A DNA stretch of 64,000 bases, from assembly GCF_044704955.1 (NCBI RefSeq), contig NC_091999.1, positions 40,424,001 through 40,488,000 of the forward strand, given 5' to 3'. The position numbers and the translations under genes were made by a program. The notes beneath the pieces were generated by a model. It saw nothing but the letters and a program-made list of their open reading frames with translations. It was not told the DNA's origin and did not search any database. Source of the DNA: Pristiophorus japonicus. Taxonomy: Eukaryota. This document shows, one piece after another, positions 60,748 through 64,000 of this stretch (positions within the stretch are counted from its first letter, which is position 1; every line of letters begins with the position of its first letter).

Positions 60748-62569
60748 GGGGCCAAATTGCCCATTTTTAGAGGCCCGTTAGTGCCTCCAGGGGTGCCAAC
60801 GGGGCAAAATACTATTTTCGCAAGGGGTGGAGGTGGGGTGATGGGGGCTCTCCTGGCTCTTGGTAAATTGCACGGGAATTTGGAGAACGCTTCCCGCAAG
60901 GCTGGCGCGAGCGGGTGCCAACCCCAGCTTCTGACTTCCGCTGCAGCCAGAAGTTAAAAGTAATGTCGCCAGAGACCGGCGACATCATGTTCCTCGTTTT
61001 GCCGACTCTCGGGTTGGCTCTACATGTACCCATCTGGCATGGTCAAAGGTACTGCACAAGATAAAGTTCACTTGGTTGTGACATGTAAAGAGGATTGGCT
61101 AACAAGCAGAGAACAGAGTGTCGGGATGAATAGTTCATTCTCTGGTTGGCAACCAGTAACTAGTGGGGTGATGCAGGGATCACGCTGGGACCCCAACTAT
61201 TTACAATCTATGTTCATGACTTCAAAGAAAGGACTGAGTGTAACGTAACCACGTTTGCTGACGATACAAAGATGGGAGGAAAACAAATGTGTGAGTGGGA
61301 CACAAAAATCTGCAAAGAAAATTGAAAGGCTAAGTGAGTGGACAAAACATTTGGCAGATGGACTAAAATGTTCGAAAGTGTGAGAGGGTTTGGCCGAAAA
61401 AAATCAAAGAGCAAGTCATTATTTGAATGGCAAAAGATTGCAAAGTGCCGCAGTCCACGGGACCTGGGCGTAATTGTACATGAAATACAAAAGGATAGTA
61501 CGCAGGTGCAGCAAGTGATCAGTAAGGCCAATGGTATCTTGGCCTTTATTGCAAAGGGGATGGAGTATAAAAACAGGGAAGGCTTGCTACAGCTATAAAA
61601 AGTTTTGGTGAGGCCTCTCCTGGAATAATGTGTGCAGATTTGGTTTCCATATATACGGAAGGGTATCATTGCTTTGCAGGCAGTTCAGAGAAGGTTCACT
61701 AGGTTGCTTCCGGGAATTCTGGAGTTGATTTATGAGGAAAGGCTGAGAAGGTTGGCCCTATAGTCTATGGAATTCAGAAGAAGGAGAGGTGATCTGATCG
61801 AAACGTATACGATTATGAGCGGGTTTGACAAAATGCATGCAGAGAGACTGTTTCCACTGATGGGGGAGACTTGAACTAGGGGGTATGATCTTAGAATAAG
61901 GGGCCGCCGATTTAAAACAAAGATGAGGAGGAATTTATTCTTACAGATGGTTGTAAATCTATGGACTTCGCTGCCTCAGAGAGCTGTGGAAGCTGGGGTA
62001 CTGAATAATTTAAATTCAGAAATAGACAGTTTCTTAAACGATAAGGGGATAAGGGGTTATGGGGAGCGGGTGGTGATGTGGAGTTGAGTCCATGATCAGA
62101 TCAGCCATGAACTTATTGAATGACAAAGCAGGCTCGAGGGGCCGTATAACCTACTTCTGTTCATATTTTTTATGTTCTTATGTTCTTATGGTCCGAGCCA
62201 CCATCGTGGAGCCCGTTATTCTCTTTTGGGTGCCGGGCTGCAGGGCCGGTTCCACGCTGTCCTGGCGGTTTAGTGGAGACCACCAGAGGTTTGCAAAGTG
62301 CACAGAGGCCGTCCGCTTTAGGCGAAGGGTAGGGGCATTAAACCGCATCAGCGTTATGTGGAGCATCTGTGTAGCACTGCACTACTCACCCTGTTAGCGC
62401 TGCTGGTACCGCCTCTAAAGTAAGTGGAATGCGCGAGTTTGCACTCCATTTCATTTGAGCGGCAATAAGCACAATTCAGCAATCGTGGTGGGACTTCCAC
62501 ACTGGGAGCAGGACGTCCCAACCCCAGCAGGTTACCAACACCAATCAGGGTGCAGGGCAATTTCGCTCC
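60748..62569. mobile_element. GC-rich MITE with terminal inverted repeats, interrupted by a CR1
   Basis: GGGGCCAAATTGCCC (60748-60762) and GGGCAATTTCGCTCC (62555-62569) are 13/15 complementary. GC-rich arms lie at 60748-61020 and 62191-62569. Confidence 0.65.
61030..62190 (+). mobile_element. 5'-truncated CR1 LINE
   Basis: SFSGWQPVTSGVMQGS, FADDTK, ANGILAFIAKGMEYK; (TTCTTATG)n tail ending at 62190. Confidence 0.92.
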
Positions 62570-63235
62570 GTGAGCTTTTGCCGATTTATACACCTAGATG
62601 TGAGATCAGTAGCTGTGAACCTATCAATTCTGAGATTATTCTCATGTCGTGTTTCTGTTGTCATGTGCCACATCACCTGTAAATGGAAGTGTGGCACCAT
62701 AGACACTCCAGTCTCGCTGGGATTAGAGTTGTGTTTGTGTTGAAGATATCGAGTTTGTTTGGTTATAAAGATCAGATATCAACAGAATCTAGAACAGTTT
62801 GGAGGCGTGTTAGCTCCATACAAGCGAGAATTCTTACACATACCCTTTGATGCTCCTTAAATTGCATTAACATGAATCCTCCTGCTTACTGAGTATTATC
62901 ATGCAGTATCCCAATGGCCACATCTAAACCGTGGTCGGCTCTATCAAATAATACATTCTCATAATACAAAGTTATTAATACTGACGATTATATTTTGAAG
63001 CTACTTTCCTGTTATATTATACTGTATCCTACAGTTGACAACTAATTATCGCGAGTAATGTCGAGATACAGGTGACACTGGAAACGCACTAATATTTTTT
63101 GGGGTATATTTTGTAAACGGTGTTCTGATGTGGTTGGATGAAGTCTCAAAATGTCACAGAATAACTGTCACACTTAGGTGTTTGCTGAGACTTTGACTGG
63201 TAGCTTCCCAATGTTAACTTTCTTCTTACTCTCAG

Positions 63236-64000
63236 TTAATTTAGTGGCAATTGTGATCCTGTCCCGAGGAAGGTGCGGTCTCTCCAGATGTATCACTCGG
63301 TACCTTGTGTCCATGGCGGTGACGGATCTTCTGGTCGTTATCACAGCTGTGATATTCAATCGGAATAGTGGCATTTATTTTCCAGTTAGTTTCTTGTCCC
63401 TGACCCCGGCGTGTACTCTTAGTACTGTGGTAATGTATGCAGCCACGGAGAGTTCGGTCTGATTAACGGTCGCTTTCATCTTTGATCGATTTGTAGCCAT
63501 TTGTTGCCAGAAGCTGAAAACAAATTATTGCACCGAGAAAACAGCGGCTGTGGTTATATGAACGGTCTGTTTACTGAGCTGTTTAAAAAGCGTTCGCTGG
63601 TACTTTATATACGAACCACTCGATATAATCAACAAGGTCCCTTGGTTTTGTAATATTAAATCCAGCTTCTACACTTCACTCGCGTGGACAGCGTATGATT
63701 GGTTTGCTCGTCTTTTAAACCCAGGCCTCCCGTTCTTCCTGATCTTGCTGCTGAATGCTCTGACCGTCAGAGACATTGTAGGAGCCAACAGAGCCCGCAG
63801 GAGGCTCCGGGCCCACATCAATGGAAAGAATGAGAGTGATCCAGAGATGGAGAGGCGCAGAAAGTCCATCATTTTACTCTTCACCATCTCGGGCAGTTTT
63901 ATCCTGTTATGGATGACGTATGTTGTAGATTTCTTGTATGTGAAAATTACAAACGAATCTTATTTCGCAGGTTCCAATTTCAATGACCCCAGGTTCATTC
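63236..64000 (+). pseudogene. Second orphan GPR139/142-like GPCR, exon 2, running off the window end; two in-frame stops
   Basis: Acceptor ttactctcag| at 63235; NLVAIVILSRGRCGLSRCITRYLVSMAVTDLL...ESSV*LTVAFIFDRFVAICCQKLK...VVI*TVC...PFFLILLLNALTVR...DPEMERRRKSIILLF. TGA at 63460-63462 and 63559-63561. Confidence 0.9.

Overview
Eukaryotic, repeat-rich DNA, most likely from a cartilaginous fish (shark-type IgM cluster, shark-type CR1 LINEs, DeuSINEs). The core is a single immunoglobulin mu heavy-chain cluster on the minus strand: leader (41231-41180), VH (41051-40732), JH (40348-40299), Cmu1-Cmu4 (33769-29097) and a secretory tail. It is now a pseudogene. Its variable region appears partly pre-assembled in the germline as VD-DJ. 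VH runs directly into a D1-like stretch followed by a 22-bp-spacer RSS, and about 380 bp away a 12-bp-spacer RSS leads directly into a (D2)JH segment, so only one RAG-joinable pair is left. A ~1.9 kb CR1 insertion cuts the secretory tail just before its terminal SCQ codons. Two orphan rhodopsin-class GPCR pseudogenes (GPR139/142-like) flank the cluster. Three decayed endogenous retroviruses lie on the minus strand; one is a two-LTR provirus with gag-pol-env remnants, a tRNA-Ser-like PBS and an unusual env. The rest is CR1/L2/SINE/MITE debris, several minisatellites (one derived from CR1 RT sequence, one in head-to-head inverted arrays) and a 292-N assembly gap. No intact protein-coding gene can be supported. 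All comparisons were made by eye; no database searches were run.
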